Position numbers and translations under genes: made by a program
Notes under the pieces: generated by a model
The model's database searches: none
Told to the model about the DNA's origin: nothing
What the model saw: the letters and a program-made list of their open reading frames with translations, nothing else
Assembly: GCA_963668315.1 (NCBI GenBank)
Contig: OY764216.1
Span: 2,464,001-2,528,000 of the forward strand
Direction: 5' to 3'
Length of the DNA stretch: 64,000 bases
From: Spirochaetia bacterium
GTDB lineage: Bacteria; Spirochaetota; Spirochaetia; DSM-2461
In this document: positions 17,868-28,241 of the stretch, piece after piece
How the letters are laid out: every line of letters starts with the position of its first letter
How positions within the stretch are numbered: position 1 is the stretch's first letter

Positions 17868-19913
17868 ATGAAAAAGAAAAGGGTGTATCCCAAATGCGCT
17901 TCCATGCTTCACGGCGGGGATTACAATCCCGACCAGTGGATTGACAGGTATCCCGAAGTTATCGATGAGGATATGAGGCTGATGAAGCTGGCCGGCTGCA
18001 ACGAAATGAGCGTGGGGATTTTCGCCTGGGCCAAACTGGAGCCGGAAGAGGGGAAATTCGATTTTGCCTGGCTGGACGAAGTTATGGATAAGATCGCCGC
18101 CAGCGGGGGATATGTCATCCTGGCCACGCCCACCGGAGCCCGGCCCAACTGGATGGCCCGGAAATATCCCGAAGTTCTCAGAGTCAATGAATTCGGCGTA
18201 CGCGACGAGTTCGGCGGGAGGCATAATCACTGCTTCTCCTCTCCGGTTTACCGGGAGAAAACCGCCATCATAAACCGCAAGCTGGCCGAGCGTTATAAAG
18301 ATCATCCGGCGCTGATCATGTGGCACCTTTCCAACGAATACAGCGGGAACTGCCACTGCGACCTCTGCAAAGGGGCCTTCCGTGAGTGGCTGAAAAAGAG
18401 ATACGGTACCCTGGATGAGCTGAATCACGCCTGGTGGAACTCCTTCTGGAGCCATACCGTTACCGACTGGGAGCAGATCAATCCCCCCTCCCGGAGGGGA
18501 GAAGTGGGAGTTCACGGTCTGAACCTGGACTGGATGCGCTTTACCACGGACCGCACCATCGACTTTATCGAAACGGAGAAGGAGCCCCTGAGGGCGGTAA
18601 CCCCGGATATTCCCATCACAACCAACATGATGGGAACCTTTGACGGGCTGAATTATCCGAAAATCGCCAAAGTGCTGGATCTGGTCTCCTGGGACAATTA
18701 TCCCTGGTGGAAGGGAGACGACCGGGACGGGGATCTGGCTCCGGCCATCGCCTTTGTCCATGACCAGAACCGGTCCATGCTCAAGCAGCCCTTTCTGCTG
18801 ATGGAGAGCGTGCCCAGCAAGACCAACTGGCAGCCCTATCCCAAGCTCAAGCGGCCGGGCATGCATATGCTCTCCTCCCTCCAGGCCGTGGCCCACGGTT
18901 CCGACTCGGTTCAGTACTTTCAGTGGAGGAAGAGCCGCGGTTCCAGCGAGAAATTCCACGGGGCCGTGGTGGACCATGAAGGATCGGAGAATACCCGGGA
19001 ATTTAAGGACGTGGCCGAACTGGGGGCGGTCCTGAAGCAGCTCGACTCCCTGGTGGGAACCCTGACCGAGCCGAAGGTCGCGATTATTTACGACTGGGAG
19101 AACAAGTGGATTATCAACGATTTCCACGGTCCCGCCAATCAGGCCAAGAAGTACACCGAAACGGTCATCGCCCACTACACACCCTTCTGGGAACGGGGTA
19201 TTTCCGTGGATATCATAGCCCGTGACGAGGATCTCTCCGGCTACGATATGGTCGTGGCCCCCATGCTTCATCTGGTCACGGAGGAGATGGGCGATAAAAT
19301 CACCCGTTTTGTCGAGGAGGGGGGCACATTCGTCACCACCTATCTGGCCGGCTGTGTAGGGGACACGGACCTGTGTCATCTGGGGGGATTTCCCGGCCCC
19401 TTGAGGAAAGTGCTGGGGATCTGGGCCGAGGAGACCGATACCCTCTACCCGGAAGATACAAACCGCCTCGTATCCAGGGATTTCCTGAAAGGCGGGGAGT
19501 ATGAGATTCGGGAACTGTGCGATCTGATTCACTGTGAGACGGCCGAGTCTCTCGGTGAGTACGGGGACGATTTTTACGCAGGCCGCCCGGCCCTGACGGT
19601 CAACCGCCTCGGGAAGGGAAAGGCCTACTACATCGCCGCCCGGACGGGAGGGGATTTCCTGGATGCTTTCTACGGAAAAATCAGTTCCGGCCTGCCGGTG
19701 AATTTCAAGGCCGATCTCCCTAAGGGAGTGACCGCCCAGTACCGCACGGACGGCGAGAAGGATTACGTTTTTCTGATGAACTTCCTGAACAGGGATATCC
19801 TTGTATCCGATGTGAATGAGCCCGGTCTTGCCGATTTCTTTACGGGAGAGGCTCCGGGAAAGCAGGTGAAGCTGGCTCCCTACGGCTGGCGGCTGTATAC
19901 GAGAAAGGTATAG
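17868..19913 (+). CDS. beta-galactosidase, glycoside hydrolase family 42
   Basis: HGGDYNPDQW, WHLSNEY (acid/base), CHCDLC, FLLMES (nucleophile), EKFHGAV. Confidence 0.95.
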   Translation: MKKKRVYPKCASMLHGGDYNPDQWIDRYPEVIDEDMRLMKLAGCNEMSVGIFAWAKLEPEEGKFDFAWLDEVMDKIAASGGYVILATPTGARPNWMARKYPEVLRVNEFGVRDEFGGRHNHCFSSPVYREKTAIINRKLAERYKDHPALIMWHLSNEYSGNCHCDLCKGAFREWLKKRYGTLDELNHAWWNSFWSHTVTDWEQINPPSRRGEVGVHGLNLDWMRFTTDRTIDFIETEKEPLRAVTPDIPITTNMMGTFDGLNYPKIAKVLDLVSWDNYPWWKGDDRDGDLAPAIAFVHDQNRSMLKQPFLLMESVPSKTNWQPYPKLKRPGMHMLSSLQAVAHGSDSVQYFQWRKSRGSSEKFHGAVVDHEGSENTREFKDVAELGAVLKQLDSLVGTLTEPKVAIIYDWENKWIINDFHGPANQAKKYTETVIAHYTPFWERGISVDIIARDEDLSGYDMVVAPMLHLVTEEMGDKITRFVEEGGTFVTTYLAGCVGDTDLCHLGGFPGPLRKVLGIWAEETDTLYPEDTNRLVSRDFLKGGEYEIRELCDLIHCETAESLGEYGDDFYAGRPALTVNRLGKGKAYYIAARTGGDFLDAFYGKISSGLPVNFKADLPKGVTAQYRTDGEKDYVFLMNFLNRDILVSDVNEPGLADFFTGEAPGKQVKLAPYGWRLYTRKV

Positions 19914-19930
19914 TTCCCTTCTCCGCACCG

Positions 19931-20070
19931 TTGCAATCCATCACGCTAAGCCCGCGATTTCGCCGATAAGGCAAGCGCTAAGGATTGCAGCAGCCCGAAG
20001 GGGTCTATGCGAAAAGCATAGACGGAACCTGCGGAAAGCCTGACCCCCGGCTTTGCCGGGGGGAGCGCCC
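19931..20070. other. multi-hairpin intergenic element (REP/MITE-like or structured RNA candidate)
   Basis: TGCAATCC/GGATTGCA, GTCTATGC-GAAAA-GCATAGAC and CCCCCGGC-TTT-GCCGGGGG stems. Confidence 0.5.
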
Positions 20071-20103
20071 AAAATAGAAGTTGCCCTATCATTAAGGAAA
20101 CAT

Positions 20104-20152
20104 TTGACAAGGAACGTTTCCCGGTTTATTATGATGAATGTAAACGCTTACA
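20104..20152 (+). promoter_or_regulatory. sigma70 promoter with LacI-type operator for lacI-galT-galK
   Basis: TTGACA-17 bp-TATTAT; TGTAAACGCTTACA at 20139-20152. Confidence 0.75.
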
Positions 20153-20182
20153 AAAATATTACATTTGATATGGGAAAACGGA

Positions 20183-21217
20183 ATGGGAATACGAATTGAG
20201 GATGTGGCCCGTGAGGCCGGAGTCTCCACGGCTACGGTTTCCCGGGTTATCAATAATCATCCGGTGAGGGAAAAGACAAAGGAAAAAGTCATCGCCGCCA
20301 TGGGTAAACTCAAGTGGGAACCCAATCTCCTGGCCCGGGGACTGAATACGGGGCGGGGCAAAACCGTAGGCGTTGTCGTTCCCTCCCTGACCAATCCCTA
20401 TTTTTCCGAGATCGTGGAGAGTATTGAGACCAGCCTGACCGGAGTGGGCTATCTGGGCATTTTGATGAGCACCGGTGCCGATCGGTCCGACGCCCGGGAG
20501 CGCGAAGTGGTGGAGACTCTGGCCCGGAGGGGCGTGGACGGCATCATCGTGGTGGACGGAACCGATGAGAACAACCATAACGGTTTTTTCTCTGCCCTGG
20601 CCGGCCGGCTTCCCCTGGTGGTGATAAACGGGTCTCCCTCCCTGGACGGCGTAGACCTTGTCATGACCGACCAGGCCAGCGGCATGGTGAAGGTGCTTGA
20701 TTACCTCTACAGCCTGGGGCACAGAAGAATCGCCTTCTTCCGGGCCGACAGGGAAGCCAGCGCCGATGTCAAGATGGATGCCTACCTTGCCTGGCTGGAA
20801 GAGAGGGGGCTGACCGGTGATCCGGGGCTTATCGTCCGCTTTGCCGGAGTGAACCGCTCCCGTATTCTGGTCGAGATGGAGGAGTCGGTCTATTCCTGGA
20901 TCTCCCGTCTGGAGGAGAAGCCTTCGGCCCTTTTCGCCTGCAATGAGCTCATGGCCCTGGGCGCTTTGCGGGGACTGGAGAAAGCCGGCTTCGATGTGCC
21001 CGGTGATATCTCCCTGGTGGGCCACGACAATACGCCCTACGCCTCCCTGGTCAAGCCCGCCCTGACCACGGTGGAGATGAAGATGTCCGAGCTGGGAGGC
21101 GCCGCCGCCCGCAGGATCATCGACAGGATAGAGGGGAGGGGAACCGATCCGCAGAGGATTCTCTTCTCTCCCGAATTGATTATCAGAAACAGTACGGCCC
21201 CTGTTGCCGGTATTTAG
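20183..21217 (+). CDS. LacI/GalR family repressor
   Basis: [20 protein letters not shown]; start re-called at MGIRIEDV. Confidence 0.95.
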   Translation: MGIRIEDVAREAGVSTATVSRVINNHPVREKTKEKVIAAMGKLKWEPNLLARGLNTGRGKTVGVVVPSLTNPYFSEIVESIETSLTGVGYLGILMSTGADRSDAREREVVETLARRGVDGIIVVDGTDENNHNGFFSALAGRLPLVVINGSPSLDGVDLVMTDQASGMVKVLDYLYSLGHRRIAFFRADREASADVKMDAYLAWLEERGLTGDPGLIVRFAGVNRSRILVEMEESVYSWISRLEEKPSALFACNELMALGALRGLEKAGFDVPGDISLVGHDNTPYASLVKPALTTVEMKMSELGGAAARRIIDRIEGRGTDPQRILFSPELIIRNSTAPVAGI

Positions 21218-21263
21218 AAATAGATTGAACGTGCCGGCAGGAAGCCGGCGGAAGGAGTATGCC

Positions 21264-22307
21264 ATGTATTTGCAGGAAGATCCCCACAGAAGGTACAATC
21301 CGCTCACAGGAGAGTGGGTGAAAGTGTCCCCTCACAGAACAAAGCGTCCCTGGCAGGGGCAGGTGGAAGACGGAGCGGTGGAAGAGCGGCCCTCCTACGA
21401 TCCCAAATGCTATCTTTGCCCGGGTAACGAAAGGGCGGGGGGAATCAAGACGGATGATTACAAGGGAACCTATGTTTTCGACAACGATTTCGCCGCTCTG
21501 CTCTCCGATACGAGCCAGAATGAGTTCACCGACGCCCCCTTTATCAAGGCGAAGACCGAAAGGGGAATCTGCCGGGTGATCTGCTTCTCGCCCCGCCACG
21601 ACCTGACCATCTCCCTGATGGAGAAGAAGGACGTTGCCGGCGTGGTAAAAACCTGGCAGGAGCAGTTCCGTGATCTGGCCAAAAGGGACTTTATCAACCA
21701 TATCCAGATTTTCGAGAACCGCGGCGCCGTCATGGGCTGCTCCAATCCCCATCCCCACGGCCAGATCTGGGCCGAGGAACTTATTCCCGATTTGCCCCGG
21801 AAGGAACTTGACCATCAGGAAGCCTATTACAAAGAGCACGGTTCCCCCCTTCTGGAGGATTACCTGAACTACGAGCTCAAAACCGGGGAAAGACTGATTT
21901 TTTCCAATAAATCCTTCGTCGCCCTCGTCCCCTTCTGGGCGGTCTGGCCCTATGAGGTCATGATTCTCCCCCGTAAGCACCACGGCGACATCACCACCCT
22001 TTCCGAAGAGGAAACCGCCGATCTGGCCGATGCTCTGGTCCGTATGGGAACCCGTTATGACAACCTGTTCAAGACGAGTTTTCCCTACTCCATGGGCCTC
22101 CATCAGAAACCCACCGACGGCCAGGCCTGGGCCGGAAGCCGATTTCATATTCACTACTTCCCGCCCCTGCTCCGTTCGGCCACGGTGAAGAAGTTCATGG
22201 TGGGATACGAGATGCTGGGCATGCCCCAGAGGGATATCACCGCCGAAATGGCCGCGGCCAAGCTGCGGGAGTGTTCGGAAATCCATTTCATGAAGGAGAA
22301 AAACTGA
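21264..22307 (+). CDS. galT: galactose-1-phosphate uridylyltransferase
   Basis: [44 protein letters not shown]. Confidence 0.97.
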   Translation: MYLQEDPHRRYNPLTGEWVKVSPHRTKRPWQGQVEDGAVEERPSYDPKCYLCPGNERAGGIKTDDYKGTYVFDNDFAALLSDTSQNEFTDAPFIKAKTERGICRVICFSPRHDLTISLMEKKDVAGVVKTWQEQFRDLAKRDFINHIQIFENRGAVMGCSNPHPHGQIWAEELIPDLPRKELDHQEAYYKEHGSPLLEDYLNYELKTGERLIFSNKSFVALVPFWAVWPYEVMILPRKHHGDITTLSEEETADLADALVRMGTRYDNLFKTSFPYSMGLHQKPTDGQAWAGSRFHIHYFPPLLRSATVKKFMVGYEMLGMPQRDITAEMAAAKLRECSEIHFMKEKN

Positions 22308-23581
22308 TGACTTGCGCCGATATAAAAAACGGACTGGACCGGGGAGATTACGACGAGACTCTGGCGGAAATCTATGGAAAGGCAGAGATAGCCCCCCAGA
22401 AGGAACGGTATAAGAAACTGCTGACCACCCACGAGGAGAACTACGGCGGCGACAACATCATGGTTTTCAGTACGTCGGGAAGAACCGAGCTGGCCGGTAA
22501 CCATACGGACCATAATCACGGTCGCGTTCTGGCCGCGAGCATTCAGCTGGACACGATCGCCGTGGTAACCCCCACCGACGACAGCAATATCGAGGTCCTT
22601 TCCGAGGGCTATCCTCCCGCTTCCGTGGATATCACTCACCTGATTCCCGTGGTGGAAGAGGAGAATACGGCCCACGCCATCCTCAGGGGGATCGCCGCCA
22701 TCATGACCGAGAAGGGGTATGCACTCAAGGGCTTCCGGGCCAGCACGACCAGCTCCGTTCTCAAAGGATCGGGCCTCTCCTCCTCCGCCGCCCTGGAGGT
22801 CCTGGTGGGAACGATCCTGAACGAGCTCTACTGCGGCGGGGACTTCAGCACCACCGAGATCGCCCAGAACGGTCAGTATGCCGAGAACGTTTTCTTCAAC
22901 AAACCCTGCGGGCTGATGGACCAGGTGGCCTGCGCCAACGGGGGCATCGTCATGATCGATTTCAAGGATCCCAAAAAGCCGGTGATCGAACCGGTCTCCT
23001 ATAACTTCCGGGAGAAGGGCTATACCCTTATGGTCGTCGATACGGGGGGAAACCATGCCGATCTGACACCGGAATACGCCGCCGTTCCCGCCGAAATGAA
23101 GGGGGCCGCCCAGGTGATGGGGGTAGAGGTCTGCCGGGAAAAGACAGAGGTCGACCTGCTGGCCGCCTTCGCCAAGATCCGCGGGGAGCAGGGAGACCGT
23201 GCGCTTCTACGGGGAATCCATTTCATGAGGGAGAACGAGCGGGTCAGCGCCATGGAAAAAGCCCTGCAGAGGGATGACTTTCCCGCCTATCTGAAAGGGG
23301 TGAACGATTCGGGTAACTCTTCCTATAAATACCTGCAGAACGTGTATGCCGCCAGCCATCCGGAAGAGCAGGGTCTCTCCCTGGCCCTGGCCCTTACCGA
23401 AGGTTTTCTGGACGGGGAGGGGGCCTGCCGTGTACACGGGGGCGGTTTCGCCGGCACCATTCAGGTCTATGTTCCCAACGAAAGGGGGGAAGACTATAAA
23501 GCCTTTATGGAGAGCTTCTTCGGAGAAGGGGCTGTCACGGTACTGAAAATCCGTCAGAGACCTACCTCCCGGATCATTTAA
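22307..23581 (+). CDS. galK: galactokinase
   Basis: GRTELAGNHTDH, GSGLSSSAA, CGLMDQ, RVHGGGFAG; TGATG coupling to galT. Confidence 0.93.
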   Translation: MTCADIKNGLDRGDYDETLAEIYGKAEIAPQKERYKKLLTTHEENYGGDNIMVFSTSGRTELAGNHTDHNHGRVLAASIQLDTIAVVTPTDDSNIEVLSEGYPPASVDITHLIPVVEEENTAHAILRGIAAIMTEKGYALKGFRASTTSSVLKGSGLSSSAALEVLVGTILNELYCGGDFSTTEIAQNGQYAENVFFNKPCGLMDQVACANGGIVMIDFKDPKKPVIEPVSYNFREKGYTLMVVDTGGNHADLTPEYAAVPAEMKGAAQVMGVEVCREKTEVDLLAAFAKIRGEQGDRALLRGIHFMRENERVSAMEKALQRDDFPAYLKGVNDSGNSSYKYLQNVYAASHPEEQGLSLALALTEGFLDGEGACRVHGGGFAGTIQVYVPNERGEDYKAFMESFFGEGAVTVLKIRQRPTSRII

Positions 23582-23593
23582 TTCTTAGGGTCT

Positions 23594-23619
23594 CTTCCCG
23601 CAGGTCATACTGCGGGAAG
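23594..23619 (+). terminator. hairpin after galK
   Basis: CTTCCCGCAG-GTCATA-CTGCGGGAAG. Confidence 0.55.
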
Positions 23620-23630
23620 CCCTATTCCTC

Positions 23631-24377
23631 TTGTCAGCCTTGGACGAACTGCTTCCCATATCCCTGATTATACTTATCGCCTCCCTTATTCAAAGTACAG
23701 CCGGATTCGGTTTCGCCTTGCTGGCGGTTCCTCTGCTCACTCTTTTTATGCCCATGACGGATGTGGTTCCGGTCATCGTTATGCTAAGTACGGTCACGAA
23801 CGTCTTTGTGGCGTGGGAGCAGAGGAAGTCCCTGAAAATCCGTGAAATCCTTCCCCTCCTGATAGCCGGTACAGCCGGTATTCCCCTGGGAGTCTGGGGA
23901 CTGAAAAATTTTGATCAGGAGCTTCTGAAAACCCTTGTGGGATTCATCATTTTCAGTACATCGGCCGCCCTGTTCTTTGACTGGAAAATCTCTTTCCGCA
24001 GAAAGGGTCTCTCCCTTATCACTGCCGGACTCTTAAGCGGTGTGCTGGGAGGAAGCCTTTCCATGAGCGGCCCTCCCATCATCCTTTTTCTGACAAACGA
24101 GTCATACGATAAAAACAGCTTCAGGGCAAACCTGACTTTTTACGGAATCATCACCAATATTTTTGCCCTTGCGGCTTTCGCGATGGGGGGGATTCTGACA
24201 TCGGCCGCCGGCCAAACGGCCCTTATGGGATGTCTTCCCCTTTTCATCGGTACGGCAGGCGGGATCGGGCTCTCACGGAAACTGGGGGAAGTCTCCTTTA
24301 AAAGAGGCATCCTAGTCCTGCTGGCTCTCATGGGAGTGATCACAGCCGTTAAGGGAATCGGGGGATTAGGGAGATAG
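23631..24377 (+). CDS. TauE/SafE family sulfite exporter-like membrane protein
   Basis: AGFGFALL, AGLLSGVLGG...GPP, FRANL; about 8 TM. Confidence 0.85.
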   Translation: MSALDELLPISLIILIASLIQSTAGFGFALLAVPLLTLFMPMTDVVPVIVMLSTVTNVFVAWEQRKSLKIREILPLLIAGTAGIPLGVWGLKNFDQELLKTLVGFIIFSTSAALFFDWKISFRRKGLSLITAGLLSGVLGGSLSMSGPPIILFLTNESYDKNSFRANLTFYGIITNIFALAAFAMGGILTSAAGQTALMGCLPLFIGTAGGIGLSRKLGEVSFKRGILVLLALMGVITAVKGIGGLGR

Positions 24378-24515
24378 ATAAATCCTACCTGTCTGTATGT
24401 ATGGTTCATTGCATACATATATGTATAAAAAAGGGGACGAAGCAGAGCGGATAATCCCCTTCAGGGAGACGGGAAGGTTCTTTCCGGTTGGCGCGGTTTT
24501 TGCATATTTACCGGT

Positions 24516-25538
24516 ATGACCGATTACGCTGCCACCCTGCAAACACGTCCCGCGGCTATCCTGTGCGTCAGAGGGACTCTCGTTCTCTTAATTCTGGCGT
24601 TCCTCGCCCTGTTGCTGGGGCGCTATCCCATCGGTCTGTCTCAGATAAGGGATATTCTTCTGGGACAGGCGGACAGTCCCGCCCCGTCCATCATACTGCT
24701 GAATGTGCGGCTTCCCCGCGTCCTGTCGGCTCTTTTTATCGGGGCGTCCCTGTCGGGAGCGGGTGTACTGTTTCAGACCGTATTTAAAAATCCCATGGTT
24801 TCCCCTTCGGTCATGGGCGCCTCATCGGGGGCCGCCTTCGGCGCTGCCCTGGCCATTCTCCTGGGGCTTTCTCCCTGGATGGTGCAGGCCGGATCTTTTC
24901 TCATGGGACTGCTGGCCGTCATGGCGGCCGTGGGCGTGGCAACCTTTTCCACACGCCGCTCCCGGATTCTTATGCTGGTCCTTTCCGGCATGCTGGTGAG
25001 CACTTTTTTCACGGCCCTGATCTCCCTGGTCAAATTTACCGCCGATCCCCTGAACACCCTGCCGGCTATAACGTACTGGCTTATGGGGTCCCTGGCCGGA
25101 GGTGATCTGAAGGGAACACTCTTTACGGGTGTCGTGGTTATCATCTGCGCCGTGAGCCTTTACGGGCTCCGATGGAGAATTACCGCCCTCTCCCTGGATG
25201 AGGAGGAACTGGTGACCATGGGCATTAACCCGGTGCCCTGCCGTTATGCCGTTCTCATCGGGGCTTCTCTCATGACATCCGCTGCGGTGGCCCAGAGCGG
25301 CGTCATCGGCTGGGTCGGTCTGGTCGTTCCCCATCTGGCAAGGCTTCTGTGGCCTAACGAGAGGTTCGGCGAACTTTTCATCCGCTCCCTTCTGGGCGGC
25401 GCGGCTTATCTGCTGATCATCGACACGGCGGTTCGAACCTTAACGCCCCTGGAGTTTCCCTTGGGAATCATGACGGCCCTGATAGGAGCTCCCTTTTTCG
25501 CCTTTGTCATTCTCAGGAAAAAAGGAGGCGCCCAATGA
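24516..25538 (+). CDS. FecCD/BtuC-type ABC transporter permease
   Basis: RLPRVL, FKNPMVSP, WLMGSL, IGWVGLVVPHLAR. Confidence 0.93.
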   Translation: MTDYAATLQTRPAAILCVRGTLVLLILAFLALLLGRYPIGLSQIRDILLGQADSPAPSIILLNVRLPRVLSALFIGASLSGAGVLFQTVFKNPMVSPSVMGASSGAAFGAALAILLGLSPWMVQAGSFLMGLLAVMAAVGVATFSTRRSRILMLVLSGMLVSTFFTALISLVKFTADPLNTLPAITYWLMGSLAGGDLKGTLFTGVVVIICAVSLYGLRWRITALSLDEEELVTMGINPVPCRYAVLIGASLMTSAAVAQSGVIGWVGLVVPHLARLLWPNERFGELFIRSLLGGAAYLLIIDTAVRTLTPLEFPLGIMTALIGAPFFAFVILRKKGGAQ

Positions 25539-26383
25539 GCGGCGGCACTCTTTCGGTAGGCTATCTCTCCCTGGGGTACGGACGGAAAACCGTGGTGAAG
25601 GATGTCTCCTTCTCCCTGGAAAAGGGGCAGATCCTGACCCTGCTGGGGGCGAACGGGGAGGGGAAAACCACTCTTATCAAGGCCGTCTGCGGCATAAAGA
25701 AGATCCGGAGGGGGAGCGTAAAGATCAACGGGGTAAATCTGACGGCCATGGATCACGCCGAACGGGCCGCCCGTATCTCCTATGTCCCCCAGTCTCACAA
25801 ACCGGGACTTCCCCTTTCCGTCAGGGATATGATCGTGCTGGGAAGGCAGTACTGCCGGGGGATTTTTGCCGAGCCGGCGGCCGAGGATTACCGCAGAGCC
25901 GTCGGGATCCTGGAACGCTTCTCACTGGACAGCAAGGCGGATGATCTCTTTACGGCTCTGTCCGGAGGGGAGCAGCGGCTGGTCCTTATCGCCCGGGCCC
26001 TTATCCAGGACGCCGATTACATGGTGCTTGACGAGCCCGTTTCCAACCTGGATCTGGGAAATCAGATTCGGGTTCTCAAGGTGCTGGACGAACTTGCCCG
26101 GGAAGGAACGGGTATCCTCATGAGCAGTCATTTCCCCGAGCACAGCCTCTGGCTGGGGGCGGAGACCGTCATTCTGAAAGGGGGGACGGTCCTGGCCGCC
26201 GGAAATGCGGTCGATGTGATAAGCGATGAGAATCTCTCGGCCGTCTACGGCACGGCTATATCGGTTTTCAGGGATGAGAACGGGATGGCCCACTGCGGAC
26301 CGCGTTTTGTCAATTCCCGGACCAGCCCTGACGGGGGTGATAAGAAATCGTGGATAGAAAATACTTTGGAGATGATACTATGA
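25535..26383 (+). CDS. ABC transporter ATP-binding protein (FecE/BtuD type)
   Basis: GANGEGKT Walker A, LSGGE, LDEP. Confidence 0.93.
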   Translation: MSGGTLSVGYLSLGYGRKTVVKDVSFSLEKGQILTLLGANGEGKTTLIKAVCGIKKIRRGSVKINGVNLTAMDHAERAARISYVPQSHKPGLPLSVRDMIVLGRQYCRGIFAEPAAEDYRRAVGILERFSLDSKADDLFTALSGGEQRLVLIARALIQDADYMVLDEPVSNLDLGNQIRVLKVLDELAREGTGILMSSHFPEHSLWLGAETVILKGGTVLAAGNAVDVISDENLSAVYGTAISVFRDENGMAHCGPRFVNSRTSPDGGDKKSWIENTLEMIL

Positions 26384-27372
26384 AAAAAACGCTGATCCCG
26401 CTGATACTGTTCTTTTCCCTCCTGTCCGTTTACGGACAGAGGGCAATAACGGACATGGCCGGAAGAGAGATGGAACTTCCCCGGTCTGAGGATATTATCA
26501 CCATATTCACGGGTAATCCGACGGCATCCGTTTTCCTCTATACCCTGGATTACGAGAGAATGGCCGGGTGGAATCTGACCCTCTATAAGGGCGTCAAATC
26601 CCTGCTCCCCGCTCCGGTCAGGAACCTTCCGAATTACGGAACCCTCTACGGGAATGGCAAAGCTATCGGGGAAGAGGAGGTCTTCGCCGCCGATCCTCAG
26701 CTTATTCTTCTCATGGGGGAAGTGACTCCCGGACTGATTTCCCGGGCCGATGAGCTGGCGGACCGCTTCAGGATGCCCGTGGTGGTTCTTGACGGGGACC
26801 TGGAGGCCCTGGACGGGGCCTATCGCCTGCTGGGCGAGATATGCGGCAGGGAGGAAAGGGCCCTGGAATTGGGCGCCTACTGCCGCCGGGTGATCGACAA
26901 TGCCACAGCCCTGACGGAAGGACTCGGCGGGGATGAAAGGAAGACCGTGTTCTATTCTCTCGATTCGGACGGCTTGAATACCTATCCTGTCGGCACATCC
27001 CTGTCCGATTATATGGAACTCTGCGGAGCCGTCAATGTGGCCGACGTTCCCTATACGAAAAAGCTGGGCCATATGTCCGTCTCCTTTGAGGAGCTCGCGG
27101 GATGGGCCCCCGATTTTATCCTGGCCGGATCGTTCGCCAACACCCCGGCTAACGAAGGGAGCGTCTATAACCGGCCGGCCTGGAAAGCCCTGAACGCCCA
27201 GGTGGCGGTGATTCCCCATATCCCCTTTGATATATTCGCCAAGCCCCCTTCTGTCAACCGCATCGCCGGAATCCTGTGGCTGCAGGATCTGCTCTATCCC
27301 GATAGGGTCGACTACGATCTGGAGAGGGAGCTTGAAGGATTCAACCGGCTCTTCTACCGGATAAACGAATAG
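26380..27372 (+). CDS. ABC substrate-binding protein (Peripla_BP_2; iron complex/cobalamin/molybdate class)
   Basis: Start re-called at MKKTL; ITDMAGRE, VSFEELAGWAPD, PPSVNR. Confidence 0.88.
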   Translation: MKKTLIPLILFFSLLSVYGQRAITDMAGREMELPRSEDIITIFTGNPTASVFLYTLDYERMAGWNLTLYKGVKSLLPAPVRNLPNYGTLYGNGKAIGEEEVFAADPQLILLMGEVTPGLISRADELADRFRMPVVVLDGDLEALDGAYRLLGEICGREERALELGAYCRRVIDNATALTEGLGGDERKTVFYSLDSDGLNTYPVGTSLSDYMELCGAVNVADVPYTKKLGHMSVSFEELAGWAPDFILAGSFANTPANEGSVYNRPAWKALNAQVAVIPHIPFDIFAKPPSVNRIAGILWLQDLLYPDRVDYDLERELEGFNRLFYRINE

Positions 27373-27380
27373 AACCGTGG

Positions 27381-27908
27381 TCAGGTCAGACGGAGAAGGG
27401 CCAGGTCATGAAGCATATCCCCGTAGGAGATATTCTTCCCCCGGTTCAGGGCAAAGAGCAAAAGACCATGCACCGCCAGTGTGTAGCGGCGGAAGGGGAG
27501 GGATTCTCCGATTCCCTCTTCTCCGACCGTATCACGGAAGAAATCGTCCAGCCCCGGGCCGGACGCGGATGAAACCGCTCTCTCGAAAAAGAGCCCGAAA
27601 AGCGCGGGATACTGGATGAAGTACAGAGCAAACCACTTGGCCCTTTCGTAGATTCTCTCTTCCGGAGTCTCTTTCTCATCTGCCTGATCTTTTATGAAAT
27701 TCCCGCAGTCCTTCAGAATGGAATGGGCCACATGGGCGTACAGATCGGGCAGGTCCTTGAAATAGTTATAGATGGTTCCGTAACTGTACCCGGCTCTCTC
27801 GGCTATATTCCTGGCGGAAGCCGCCTGAAGCCCCTCGCCCCTGATAATCTCCTCGGCGGCCTGTATGAAAAAATCCTTCATTCGCTCTTCCTTGATGGAT
27901 GGCGCCAT
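27381..27908 (-). CDS. TetR/AcrR family regulator
   Basis: SARNIAERAGYSYGTIYNYFKD; AGGAGG before ATG 27908. Confidence 0.9.
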   Translation of the reverse strand: MAPSIKEERMKDFFIQAAEEIIRGEGLQAASARNIAERAGYSYGTIYNYFKDLPDLYAHVAHSILKDCGNFIKDQADEKETPEERIYERAKWFALYFIQYPALFGLFFERAVSSASGPGLDDFFRDTVGEEGIGESLPFRRYTLAVHGLLLFALNRGKNISYGDMLHDLALLRLT

Positions 27909-27928
27909 AGTAACCTCCTGTTTGTATC

Positions 27929-27961
27929 TTGACAGTGTTAAATATATGAACAGTGTTAAAT
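27929..27961. promoter_or_regulatory. tandem semi-palindromic operator, probable TetR autoregulation
   Basis: ACAGTGTTAAAT repeated at 27932-27943 and 27950-27961. Confidence 0.6.
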
Positions 27962-27997
27962 TAATTTCAGGATTTGTCAACGGCGAGAATAATTATA

Positions 27998-28129
27998 ATG
28001 AAAAATCCCCGTTCTGCTGCGGCTCATATTGATAAACTCGGCTTAACCGTTGTCAAAGAGTTTGAATACAATGAAAATTGCTATTTTGAACTTGTTTACG
28101 ATACATCAAGACCGGTTAAGCTGACATAA
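27998..28129 (+). pseudogene. 43-codon remnant resembling the C-terminus of a GNAT acetyltransferase
   Basis: MKNPRSAAAHIDKLGLTVVKEFEYNENCYFELVYDTS has an NxxS...KLG GNAT motif-B pattern and no N-terminal part. Confidence 0.5.
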
Positions 28130-28241
28130 GGGGTAGACAGAACTCACTTGCTCTCCCCCTCTTTCAGGTGATATAGTGAATGGATGATTACAGTAATGCT
28201 GCTTAAGCGGAATATCGGCTTTATCCATGGGAGATTGAAAA

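Noticed and set aside
17850..19928. 692-aa minus-strand ORF
   Set aside because: Mirrors the GH42 gene almost exactly, as expected from codon bias; no recognisable domain.
21183..23056. 367-aa and 300-aa minus-strand ORFs
   Set aside because: Shadows of galT and galK.
24380..24515. Possible cobalamin riboswitch before the FecCD-type importer
   Set aside because: No B12-box or recognisable core, and the region is short. An Rfam search would settle it.
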